Assembly: GCA_016721765.1 (NCBI GenBank)
Contig: JADKHO010000002.1
Coordinates: forward strand, 927,141-991,140
Reading direction: 5' to 3'
Origin: Bacteroidota bacterium
GTDB taxonomy: Bacteria; Bacteroidota; Bacteroidia; UBA4408
Length of the DNA: 64,000 nucleotides
The notes beneath the pieces were generated by a model. The model was not told where the DNA came from. It saw only the letters and a program-made list of their open reading frames with translations, and made no database searches. Shown piece by piece: positions 38,728 through 47,786 of this stretch (its first letter is position 1; each line of letters starts with the position of its first letter). A program made the position numbers and the translations under genes.

Positions 38728-39194
38728 ATTTCAGCATAGAATCTATTGTTGGAATATTAGCATTGTTAATAGCAGCTGCAGCTTTTATTCTTCAAATAAG
38801 AGATTCAAGTAAGAAAAAACCACCTGCACGTTTTAAAGGAGGCATTGGTAAGGGCAGCGTAGATATAGATATTAATACAGGAAATTTTGTGAGTTTTATT
38901 TTTAATAAAGAAGCAGGAGAGATTATTTATTTAGATATTTTTTTTGAAAATGATCAGAATTATGGGATAGATGAAAATAATAGATTCCATTTTTCTTTTT
39001 ATGAAAAACCAGAGCCGCAATGGGGTGGTTACAGTTTTTACATAGAAGTAAACGAAAATGATGATTTTTTTTTCGACAACAGACCATCTTCAAGAAGGTT
39101 GGCTGGACATTTTAAAATTATTGGAACAATTGGACCGCAACAAGGTTGGGTTACAGCATTTTTGAAGCCTGTAAAAAGTGAATTTATTAACTAA
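38724..39194 (+). CDS. Small protein with N-terminal TM helix, overlapping partner of the RES-like gene
   Basis: It has a 4-nt start/stop overlap with the upstream gene. There is a hydrophobic N-terminus (IVGILALLIAAAAFIL). Confidence 0.35.
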   Translation: MNFSIESIVGILALLIAAAAFILQIRDSSKKKPPARFKGGIGKGSVDIDINTGNFVSFIFNKEAGEIIYLDIFFENDQNYGIDENNRFHFSFYEKPEPQWGGYSFYIEVNENDDFFFDNRPSSRRLAGHFKIIGTIGPQQGWVTAFLKPVKSEFIN

Positions 39195-39217
39195 TTGTCT
39201 TCTATTAAACCTATAGT

Positions 39218-40006
39218 ATGCTTAGACTTGACGAAATAAAACTCCCAGATGGAAGTGGAGAACAAATGCATTTCCATTCTCCTGATGTGGAATACGTTGA
39301 CCCCATTGAGCATGTTGCCAATGCAATATTTGAATTGAGTGCATCTCTTACTACAAAACTTCTTTTGAACTCTGGGTTACCGTATTCACCTGAAATACTC
39401 AAAGGTGAGGCATTAAAGTTCGCATCGAGATCATTAAAAAAGGAAATGGATTTGTTTTTTGCGGCAACAATACCTGAAAATCTTCTTTCGATATTAACTG
39501 CAACCAAAAAGAACAATCAAGTCAAATTACTCAAAGGATTATCTATTACCCAGGAACAACTTTACGCATTTATTTTTAGAGCGAAAACTGAATTTGACTT
39601 TTTATTCAGCACTTATACTGCTGAACACCTACCCAATGGACTTGACCCAAATGAACTACCGGTATTTATAGAGGTAAAAGGTAACGAGGTTAATAAAATT
39701 GGGCAAACTAATCTTTCTGATGGACAACTAAAACAAGTGATGGCACATAGAAATTTTGTCTCTGCAATGTTTATAGATAAGGGCAGCACATGGCACTGTT
39801 TCTTTTTTACATTTAACAGTGTAAGAGGAAAAGAGGCATGGAAGGATGGCCAAGCCCACTATCATTATATTTCTGATAAATTTGGAATTCCCAGAGCAAA
39901 GGTTGTTGAGGAAATAAAGAGCGGAAGATATCACTTGGGAAACCTTCCTCATATTAATCTAAATGATGATCGTTACGACAAAAATAAAGGGAAAGGAACT
40001 TACTAA
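39218..40006 (+). CDS. Hypothetical protein (262 aa), no recognisable domain
   Basis: It is an intact ORF inside the defence cluster with an RBS-like spacing to the upstream gene. Confidence 0.35.
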   Translation: MLRLDEIKLPDGSGEQMHFHSPDVEYVDPIEHVANAIFELSASLTTKLLLNSGLPYSPEILKGEALKFASRSLKKEMDLFFAATIPENLLSILTATKKNNQVKLLKGLSITQEQLYAFIFRAKTEFDFLFSTYTAEHLPNGLDPNELPVFIEVKGNEVNKIGQTNLSDGQLKQVMAHRNFVSAMFIDKGSTWHCFFFTFNSVRGKEAWKDGQAHYHYISDKFGIPRAKVVEEIKSGRYHLGNLPHINLNDDRYDKNKGKGTY

Positions 40007-40463
40007 CAAATACGTAAAAATAATGCTAAAACAGGTTGTAACCGCTATAAGTAAAAGCAATAGAGATTCCTTAATAAAGGGAGTTGAGTATGCAATGTTA
40101 TTAGAAATTGAAACAAACGGGAGAATAGTTATTGAATTATATCCGCTGGTTGTGCCCGGTAAGGTGATTGTATAGATAAGCCTACATGACTTTTTATTTT
40201 AGTGGAAGGAAGTTACGGGCTAATTCTATTCAAAAAAGAAAAAAGCGGATGTAGAAGACTTTTCTGTGTTTCATGAAGAGACTGCAACCGAAAAGGAAGA
40301 TATATCAAATGAAGATATTTCACCATCAATAACGTTTTCGAGTAAAATGAACATTGACGATGATTCTGCGCCATTTTAACCATTACTAATTTAAGGCAAG
40401 TGGTGATCAAAATCCAGTTTTTTTAAATTGGTAGATTTAAGAATTGAATTAATCTTAGGTAAG

Positions 40464-41843
40464 ATGACCAATAAGGAAGTACTCAAAAACTGTATATTTT
40501 GTAATAACTCATTGGATAATTCTGATGAACATATAATTCCTGATTGTTTAAATGGTCGGCTGCACTCAAAGTACTTAATATGCCAAAAATGCAATTCCGA
40601 TAAATTTGGCAAGCAACTTGAACCAGCAATAAAAAAACTATTCAACACAATCCTAATAATATTAGGGTTTGAAAATGCGAAATCAGTCTATTCAGAAGAC
40701 CCTGATGGAAAGATATTTTTATTTAGTAAAGGTGGAAATATTTCGCAAGTGAAACCTGAGATTTTGGTAAATAAAAGGGGGGGGAAAACATATCTCAGCA
40801 TTAATGGTGATAGCAAGAATGCCTTAAAATATTTTGAAAAACAGGCTAATGAACTTTTGAAGAAGGGCCATAGACCTCTACATAGCTGTGTATTGAAAAC
40901 TGATTCAACATCACTTCCAATTAAAGTCGAGGAAAAATTTCAAATCTCTCCAGAGATTATTTTGGAATTAAATAAAATCGCAATCGAATTCTATGCTTAT
41001 TCTGGTTTAGATATTTCTAAGATTAAGGAACTATCGGACAGGGTTAATAAGATGGATAGGACTTTAAAAAATGTTGTATTCTGCAATGCTTCAAATGAAA
41101 TTAGAACCTGTCAATCAGATGAAGTATCTCATATTATAGTTATTCGAACACATACAAATGGATCGCTATACTGTTACATAGAGCTCTTCAATATTGTTTG
41201 TGCTTACATTAATTTTTATGATGGTCATGAAAGCAAAACGATGTATTCTTATTATCAAGATGCTTTAACAGGTGAAAGACTTACAGAAGATATTGTCCTT
41301 GACTTCGATAAGGAGCCTGATAATGTAGAAAATTTAAATTTTAACTCTCAGATTAATGCTTTATCTGATCGGCTAAGGTCAAGGGAATATAATTCGATGC
41401 TTGCATCAATAGCTAAGGATTTAACTGAATTTATTGATAAAGAAGTTTTGGAAGAGAGGATTAAAAAGGAGGATAGAGATAAAATTTTATGCGATAGCAT
41501 AATTGGTGAAGCAGCACGATTGTCAGTTTATGAATTTCCTTATATGATTGAAGATTACGAGGATGAAAAAAATGATGAGTTAAATCACATACATTCCAAT
41601 TTACAAGAAAATCAATATGAAGATTTTTGTAATAAGTATAACAAATTAATTGGGCGTAGGATTGATATACCAGACGAAGGAATTTATCTAATTGATAGTT
41701 TTCTGAAACAACCTTTTTTACAACGAAACGGTATAAGTTTGGTTAAAGTATTTTGTGTATTGACACATGAGGATTTTAAACATAAACGGTATATTCCATA
41801 CAGGGATCTTTTCGTAGCAATATCTATAAGACATGACACTTGA
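40464..41843 (+). CDS. HNH nuclease-domain protein with long C-terminal helical region
   Basis: The N-terminal CIFCNN...DEHIIPDCLNGRL...CQKCNSDKFG is the HNH/His-Me finger pattern. The start is placed at the ATG at 40464 (MTNKEV) rather than the upstream alternative start at 40428. Confidence 0.5.
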   Translation: MTNKEVLKNCIFCNNSLDNSDEHIIPDCLNGRLHSKYLICQKCNSDKFGKQLEPAIKKLFNTILIILGFENAKSVYSEDPDGKIFLFSKGGNISQVKPEILVNKRGGKTYLSINGDSKNALKYFEKQANELLKKGHRPLHSCVLKTDSTSLPIKVEEKFQISPEIILELNKIAIEFYAYSGLDISKIKELSDRVNKMDRTLKNVVFCNASNEIRTCQSDEVSHIIVIRTHTNGSLYCYIELFNIVCAYINFYDGHESKTMYSYYQDALTGERLTEDIVLDFDKEPDNVENLNFNSQINALSDRLRSREYNSMLASIAKDLTEFIDKEVLEERIKKEDRDKILCDSIIGEAARLSVYEFPYMIEDYEDEKNDELNHIHSNLQENQYEDFCNKYNKLIGRRIDIPDEGIYLIDSFLKQPFLQRNGISLVKVFCVLTHEDFKHKRYIPYRDLFVAISIRHDT

Positions 41844-42199
41844 AGAAGAATTAATATTTTCAATTAACATTTTACAAAAACTTAGGGATCATTTGAAACA
41901 GAACTCAAATAATAAGGAGTTAATCGAAAGAACATTGCAAAAATTAAGGGATAAAAAATTGGATTTAATTCTTACTGAGTTTATCTCAGGTGAGGAAGAA
42001 ATTATTTAAACAGTACTAAATCCTCCTGCGCCCAAGTGTTCCTTTTTGAGGGTGTTTTTTTAAAAAACTACAACCTCCGAAAGCCTTGATGCTAAATGAA
42101 ACCCGTTGGTTTTAGTCGGACAGCGATGTAATTACCGCTCAAGCAAAAAAACAATGTTATTATATTTTGTTTTTCATAATAACATTGTATATTTGCATC

Positions 42200-42907
42200 A
42201 TGAAAGCTCAAAAGAAGATTACAATAAAACCATTTCTAAATCAGAACCTGATACCGGAATGCACTGATGGTAGCGGAAAAAACTTTTATCCCTTATACAT
42301 ACAAATTACCTACGACCGCAAAAACACACAAATTCGCAGTAAGTATGGTATGTATTACGAAACGCTGAACGATCCGGGATTATTTAATCTAATTGCCTTT
42401 GAGTCGAACATCCTTCAAAAAATCATACAATTTGAGACAAAAAATAGCGATTGCGAATACGATTTAAGAGGGCTTAAAAACAAATACACTACTTACAGCA
42501 CATCTATTCACTATGCGGTAAGCGAATACCTCAAAGAAAAGCTTAAATGGGCAATCAAGCGAACTAACAATGAGCTAATGCATGTTTTAAAATTTGAGGG
42601 CTTTAAATCGGGTTTTGATAATCTGTACAAGGCTTCACAATTGTTATTTCCCAACTTGAAAGAAAAAATTACTCCTGAGTTTAAAAAAGAAATTGAAGCC
42701 TTTCATTTACTGAATAAGCTCCACCCCATTGGCAGCGGGGAATATTCCTTCGCAGCCTTAATCGATTGGAAAGACAATAGTTTTAAATCAAAATTTGAAG
42801 CGAGTTTGAATAAGGAATTGAAACAAAACAAAAAACAAGTGTCCGAAACGCTTGCTATTATTGATAAAATCGTTGCTGAAAATTTGAAAAGTATAGAGGG
42901 CGCTTAA
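42200..42907 (+). CDS. Integrase N-terminal (Arm DNA-binding + SAM-like) domain-only protein; truncated integrase or recombination directionality/regulatory factor
   Basis: ITIKPFLNQ...YPLYIQITYDRKNTQIRSKYGM matches the Bacteroidota integrase arm-binding domain. It is 235 aa with no catalytic R-H-R-Y region. Confidence 0.45.
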   Translation: MKAQKKITIKPFLNQNLIPECTDGSGKNFYPLYIQITYDRKNTQIRSKYGMYYETLNDPGLFNLIAFESNILQKIIQFETKNSDCEYDLRGLKNKYTTYSTSIHYAVSEYLKEKLKWAIKRTNNELMHVLKFEGFKSGFDNLYKASQLLFPNLKEKITPEFKKEIEAFHLLNKLHPIGSGEYSFAALIDWKDNSFKSKFEASLNKELKQNKKQVSETLAIIDKIVAENLKSIEGA

Positions 42908-42984
42908 AAAAATTTACTAAATATGTTCGTATTTTTTTTATATTATAATAACAGTAATTAGACTGAGTAAAAGTCAAGAAATTA

Positions 42985-43365
42985 ATGACTCCTGAATTAA
43001 ATAAAATTTTCAAAGCTCTTGAAAAGGAGATAACTGCAATAGTTACCAAAAAGGTAACAGCGCAGCTGAGGGAATCTTATGTGGAGGATGTTAAAGCAAT
43101 AGTAAAGGATTGCTTGAAAAACAATGAATTTATAAATGAAGCAGGTTCAGGTTTCATTACCATTGAAGCACTTAGTAAAAAATATGGGGTAAGCAGAAAA
43201 ACAGTAACTGATAAATGCAAGCAATTCAATGAAGGTTTCTTAAAAATTGAGCGCAAGTGGGTGAATGGACACCATACAGTAAACGAAAAACAATATGTGG
43301 AGGCTTGTGATCATTCCTCAAGAAAAGGGAAACCGAAATTTATCTCCAAGCAAAAAGCAGCTTAA
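42985..43365 (+). CDS. Small helix-turn-helix DNA-binding protein (excisionase-like), adjacent to attR
   Basis: ITIEALSKKYGVSRKTVTDKCK is an HTH. The protein is 126 aa and is the last gene before the tRNA/att site. Confidence 0.4.
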   Translation: MTPELNKIFKALEKEITAIVTKKVTAQLRESYVEDVKAIVKDCLKNNEFINEAGSGFITIEALSKKYGVSRKTVTDKCKQFNEGFLKIERKWVNGHHTVNEKQYVEACDHSSRKGKPKFISKQKAA

Positions 43366-43543
43366 TCACCCTAATTTTAGTCGCAATTCAAAAAGTTATC
43401 AACAGTAGTACTAGCGCTACTCTCCCACTCCACCACCTTCTACAAGCCAATAATATCAAGGTTTTTTATAAAACGTCATCCAGCACGTGATCCGCATCAA
43501 ATCAAAAGCCCTTAAGTAGTTGATACTTAAGGGCTTTACGAAA

Positions 43544-43563
43544 TTTTCGAGCGGTCCGGACGG
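43544..43563. repeat. attR: second copy of 20-bp direct repeat TTTTCGAGCGGTCCGGACGG overlapping the tRNA-Asp 3' end
   Basis: It is identical to 12976..12995. Confidence 0.75.
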
Positions 43564-43625
43564 GACTCGAACCCGCGACCCCATGCGTGACAGGCATGTA
43601 TTCTAACCAGCTGAACTACCGAACC
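43552..43625 (-). tRNA. tRNA-Asp (anticodon GTC)
   Basis: The reverse complement folds as a cloverleaf. The acceptor stem is GGTTCGG/CCGGACC (one G-U). The anticodon stem is CATGC/GCATG with loop CTGTCAC, giving GTC. The T-arm is GCGGG-TTCGAGT-CCCGT. The length is 74 nt and no CCA is encoded. A downstream terminator hairpin is GCCCTTAAGTA..TACTTAAGGGC. Confidence 0.85.
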
Positions 43626-43698
43626 GTTTTTGTATTAGAATTTTGGGACTGCAAAAATAGATTAATTTTAATACCAAGCAAAATAATCTTTCAAATAA

Positions 43699-44628
43699 TT
43701 AAATAAGCTTGCTGCGCTTAATTAAATAGGCCGATAAAATAGTGTTGAAACCCGCGTTAATATCAGCTTCCACAAAATCGATGTGGTATTGTCCGCATTT
43801 TAATTTTAATTCTTTGGTGTAGGCATTTACCGCTTTTAAGTAGCTTTCCTTAATTTCATGGGGATGAACTTTGAGCTCCTCCCCTGTTTCCATATCGATA
43901 AAATTGTAAGGCCGGTTCTCAAATTCAAATTCCATTTCCTTGGACTTATCCACCACATGAAACAAAATTACTTCATGCTTATTATGCCGCAAATGCTGCA
44001 AAGCCGCAAACAAATCGGCATCACTTTTAGTGGATTCCATCATGTCACTAAAAATAATGACGAGCGAACGTTTATGGATGTTTTCGGCAATTTCGTGCAA
44101 GGCATTCACTGCAAAGGTGCGTTTTGTGTGCTCTGGAGAATAAGGTAAAAGTAATTTTTCGAGCTCCGAAAAAATCAGCTTGCTATGCACCATGCTCGAT
44201 TTACAAGGTGTTTGAACCGTAACCTTATCCGAAAACACGCTCAAGCCCACTGCATCTCTTTGGTTTCGCAGCAAGTAAGTAAGGGCAGCTGCACAATGTG
44301 TACTAAAGTTGATTTTATTTTGCTTTTCAGGATATCTTTTATCCGCTTCCGGAAAATACATCGAAGAGGAAGCATCAATAACCAACTGACAACGTAAATT
44401 GGTTTCCTCCTCATAGCGTTTCACAAACAATTTATCGCTACGCCCATATAATTTCCAATCAATATGCTTGGTCGATTCTCCTGTATTATACAAGCGATGC
44501 TCGGCAAATTCCACCGAAAAGCCATGAAACGGACTTTTATGCAAGCCGGTAATAAATCCCTCCACCACTTGCTTAGCAAGCAATTCTAAATGCGAATATT
44601 GTTGAATTTGTTGTTGATTCAGAGACAC
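43699..44628 (-). CDS. DUF58 domain protein (VWA-like, MoxR-associated family)
   Basis: Its length and motifs (LVIDASSSM...) are typical of DUF58. Confidence 0.7.
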   Translation of the reverse strand: MSLNQQQIQQYSHLELLAKQVVEGFITGLHKSPFHGFSVEFAEHRLYNTGESTKHIDWKLYGRSDKLFVKRYEEETNLRCQLVIDASSSMYFPEADKRYPEKQNKINFSTHCAAALTYLLRNQRDAVGLSVFSDKVTVQTPCKSSMVHSKLIFSELEKLLLPYSPEHTKRTFAVNALHEIAENIHKRSLVIIFSDMMESTKSDADLFAALQHLRHNKHEVILFHVVDKSKEMEFEFENRPYNFIDMETGEELKVHPHEIKESYLKAVNAYTKELKLKCGQYHIDFVEADINAGFNTILSAYLIKRSKLI

Positions 44629-44639
44629 GGGGTTAGTTT

Positions 44640-45175
44640 TTAAGTTATTGGGTTATTGAGTTATTGAGTTATTGGGTTGTTATGTCATCCTGAGCGTAGT
44701 CGAAGGAGGGTTATTGGGTTGTTATGTCATCCTGAGCGTAGTCGAAGGAGAGTTATTTAGTTATTGAGTTCTTATGTCATCCTGAGCGTAGTCGAAGAAG
44801 GGTTATTGGATTATTGAGATTCTTGATTCAATTTATGCAGTTGTTGTTTATAAATATCCCCCGCTGGCGAGGGCAGGGGGTGGTATGGAACGCTGATTTA
44901 TTATGATAATTATGATTTTTATATGATTTTCTTGTATCGAGTTTCTTGGTTTCAAGGTTTCAAGGTTTCAAGGTTATAATTTATCTCGAAAATAGTAGTT
45001 GTTAGTTTCAACCTCAATTAATCAACCAATCCAAACACTAGCAAATCATCCAATCCCTATGTCACCTAATCGGCTAATCAGCTAATCAGCTAATCGGCTA
45101 ATCGGCTAATCAAAACAATCAGCTAATCAACAATAGTACAAAAATAAAAACGGCTAATCATTATTAAAAAAATAA
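44640..45175. repeat. Tandem-repeat-rich intergenic region with three families: 3× ~46-bp unit containing GTCATCCTGAGCGTAGTCGAAGGAG, 4× GGTTTCAA(G), and ≥8× (C/A)GGCTAATC 9-mers
   Basis: The units occur at 44684, 44726 and 44776 with TTATTGRGTT sub-repeats. GGTTTCAAGGTTTCAAGGTTTCAAGG is at ~44948-44975. CGGCTAATCAGCTAATCAGCTAATCGGCTAATCGGCTAATC is at ~45070-45130. Confidence 0.8.
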
Positions 45176-45202
45176 CAATTAACCGTTTTTGAATTCGTTC
45201 TA

Positions 45203-45523
45203 TTATGCCAACTGAGCGTCCAATTTGCCTGATAATACTGACTTTGGAACTGCGCCTACTTGTTTGTCGACAACCTGACCATTCTTAATAAATAAAATGG
45301 TAGGGATATTTCGGATACCGAATTTTGCGGAAATCATGGGATTGTTATCCACATCCACTTTTCCAATCACCGCTTTCCCGGCATAATCGTTTGACATTTC
45401 TTCAACTACCGGACCAACCATTCTGCAAGGACCACACCATTCGGCCCAAAAATCGACCAACACCGGTTTGTCTGATTTCATTACCATTTCTTCGAAATTT
45501 GCATCTGTTATTTCTAGTGCCAT
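45203..45523 (-). CDS. trxA: Thioredoxin
   Basis: The WCGPC active site (FWAEWCGPCRM) is present and the protein is 106 aa. Confidence 0.9.
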   Translation of the reverse strand: MALEITDANFEEMVMKSDKPVLVDFWAEWCGPCRMVGPVVEEMSNDYAGKAVIGKVDVDNNPMISAKFGIRNIPTILFIKNGQVVDKQVGAVPKSVLSGKLDAQLA

Positions 45524-46181
45524 TTTATTTGAGATTTAAAAATTTAGAACTGTTTTATTTTCTGTAAAAGTACGTTTAATTTCTCTTACGCTTTGTATAA
45601 AGTCAATTTGTTTGCCAAGAAGAAATAAACAATAAATGTTAATACCGCTTTACAAAATACTGCTTGCTATGTAACTATTAATAAACCACTTAAGACATAT
45701 TTATTACAAATTTTAAGCTTTGATCTTGCCGCGTCATTGTGTCATATTGTGCTTGCCAAAATGGGAGTATGTTTCTCTGTTCAGTGGGTTTAATAAAAAA
45801 TACACGAAAGCATTAATGCAATGGGAATTCTTTTATATCGATTAAGGAAATTTTTATTTTAAAAAGACCTATTTATTTTTGCTACTCCGTTTTAAAGACC
45901 ACTAGAGCTGAAAAATTCTAGCTCGTCGGGGCGATACAATTTCGCCTTTAATTTTTCTTCTTTTAAAGTTCAATCATCAATTTGGTTTTCCTTAGAATAG
46001 TGGCAACAAAATCGAATTTTTTGCACTCCCATATTAAATACATATTACTAAAACAGCACCTTAATTTTTCTATTTTTATCCGTTTAAAAAAATATTTTAC
46101 TCCGGCATAGGGGTATATCCCCTTTTGTTTGTCATAAGGTTAAAAGAAGGCAAAAATTGAATTCAACTTGTACATTTTTTT

Positions 46182-46760
46182 GTGGAATATTCAGATAGCG
46201 AAATAGTTTCGGCAATGCAAAACAGCAACGAACTGGTTTTTGAAGCCCTGTTTCGTTTCTACTACCAGCGGCTTTGCAATTATGCAAATACTTTACTCAA
46301 GGATGCCGATGAATCGGAAGAAGCGGTGCAACAATTTTTTGCAGGCTTGTGGGAAAGACGCGAGCGTTTTTCGGTAACGCTGTCGGTAAAATCCTATCTC
46401 TACAAATCGGTTCACAATGCCTGCTTGAATAAAATAAAACAAAATCAGATGAAACAAGCGCATCATGAACGCGAAAGCAAATTGGAAACAGTGAGCAAAT
46501 CAAGCACAGAGCAAGCACTGGTGATGAAAGAACTGGAACAACAAATTGCTCTTGCTATTGAAAGCCTGCCGGAACAATGTCGCCTCATTTTTAAATTAAG
46601 TCGCTTTGAAGAATTAAAATACGCAGAGATTGCAGGTCAATTAAACCTCTCAGTAAAAACAGTGGAAAACCAAATGGGTAAGGCCTTGCGTGTAATGCGT
46701 GAAAAATTAAATGCCTACTTACCCACCCTGCTTACCCTCTTATTATTAACCCATAGCTAA
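46182..46760 (+). CDS. RNA polymerase ECF-type sigma-70 factor
   Basis: Sigma-70 regions 2 and 4 are present. It heads the σ/FecR/receptor arrangement. Confidence 0.85.
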   Translation: MEYSDSEIVSAMQNSNELVFEALFRFYYQRLCNYANTLLKDADESEEAVQQFFAGLWERRERFSVTLSVKSYLYKSVHNACLNKIKQNQMKQAHHERESKLETVSKSSTEQALVMKELEQQIALAIESLPEQCRLIFKLSRFEELKYAEIAGQLNLSVKTVENQMGKALRVMREKLNAYLPTLLTLLLLTHS

Positions 46761-46768
46761 ACAAGACG

Positions 46769-47776
46769 ATGAAGGAAATGAACGAATACAGGGATGAACT
46801 TATCGCCATGAACCTTGCCGGGGAAGCCAATCTCCAGCAAATTCAAGAGCTTAGTGATTGGGTGAATGCTTCGTCTGAAAATGCGCAGTATTATGCTCAA
46901 CTAAAAACACTTTTTGAAGCATCTTCAACTGCTCAAAAAATTACCCCTTTCGATACCGATACCGCCTGGCTTAATTTGCAAACTAAAATCCATTCACAAA
47001 ATAAAAACAAGCATGGAATTCTATATTTGTTTCAAAAATACGATTTCATGAAAGCTGCAGCAGGACTGCTTCTGTTGCTTGGATTAACCTATGTCCTAAA
47101 TATTGTGTTTAACAATAACACTTCACGTGAGATCAGTTTTAAAGCCGATAAACGCGCCGTGGAAAAAAGAATGGCCGATGGCTCGGTGTTGCATCTGAAT
47201 AAAAAATCGAGTATTCAGTACAGCAAAAATTTCAACAAAAGCAATCGCAAAGTTATCCTTAGCGGGGAAGCCTTTTTTGAGGTGATACACAATGAAAAAC
47301 TGCCCTTTACCGTTGCCGTGGATGAATTGCTGATTGAAGATGTTGGTACTTCATTTAACGTAAATGCCTATCCCGATAAGGAAAGCGTGGAAGTAAGCGT
47401 GCTAAGCGGAGAGGTAAAAATGTTTACTGAAAATGAAATAGGAATTTCATTAAGCGCCGGAGAATCGGCGAGCTATAATAAACGAACCAAACTATTTGCG
47501 CACACTCAAGTGAAAAATAAAAACTTAACCGCCTATAAAGACAAAATTTTTGTATTTGAAAATACTGCCTTGCATACGGTGATTGCCATGCTGAATGATG
47601 TATATCAAAGCTCCATTGTGCTTGCTAATCCTAAATTAAACGATTGCCAACTTACGGTTAGTTTCGAAAATGAATCGTTGGATAAAGTGGTTGACGTTAT
47701 TGCAGCTACTTTTAATTTAAAAGTCACTAAAACCGAAACCGGAATTTTATTGGAAGGCGATGGTTGTGGAAAATAA
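46769..47776 (+). CDS. FecR family anti-sigma factor (FecR + DUF4974)
   Basis: It has a central TM helix and a periplasmic FecR domain. It follows the ECF sigma gene by 8 nt. Confidence 0.8.
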   Translation: MKEMNEYRDELIAMNLAGEANLQQIQELSDWVNASSENAQYYAQLKTLFEASSTAQKITPFDTDTAWLNLQTKIHSQNKNKHGILYLFQKYDFMKAAAGLLLLLGLTYVLNIVFNNNTSREISFKADKRAVEKRMADGSVLHLNKKSSIQYSKNFNKSNRKVILSGEAFFEVIHNEKLPFTVAVDELLIEDVGTSFNVNAYPDKESVEVSVLSGEVKMFTENEIGISLSAGESASYNKRTKLFAHTQVKNKNLTAYKDKIFVFENTALHTVIAMLNDVYQSSIVLANPKLNDCQLTVSFENESLDKVVDVIAATFNLKVTKTETGILLEGDGCGK

Positions 47777-47786
47777 AAAAGTACTC

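Larger units (their letters stand above)
12976..43563. mobile_element. ~30.5 kb integrative element/genomic island inserted at the tRNA-Asp 3' end (integrase at left end, Xis-like HTH at right end, defence-island cargo)
   Basis: It is bounded by a 20-bp direct repeat that includes the tRNA 3' end. A tyrosine recombinase gene lies 240 bp inside attL. The interior is visibly more AT-rich than the flanking chromosome, and the cargo is dominated by defence genes. Confidence 0.7.

Noticed and set aside
45325-45567. 80-aa ORF antisense to trxA
   Set aside because: It overlaps the strongly supported thioredoxin gene on the opposite strand.
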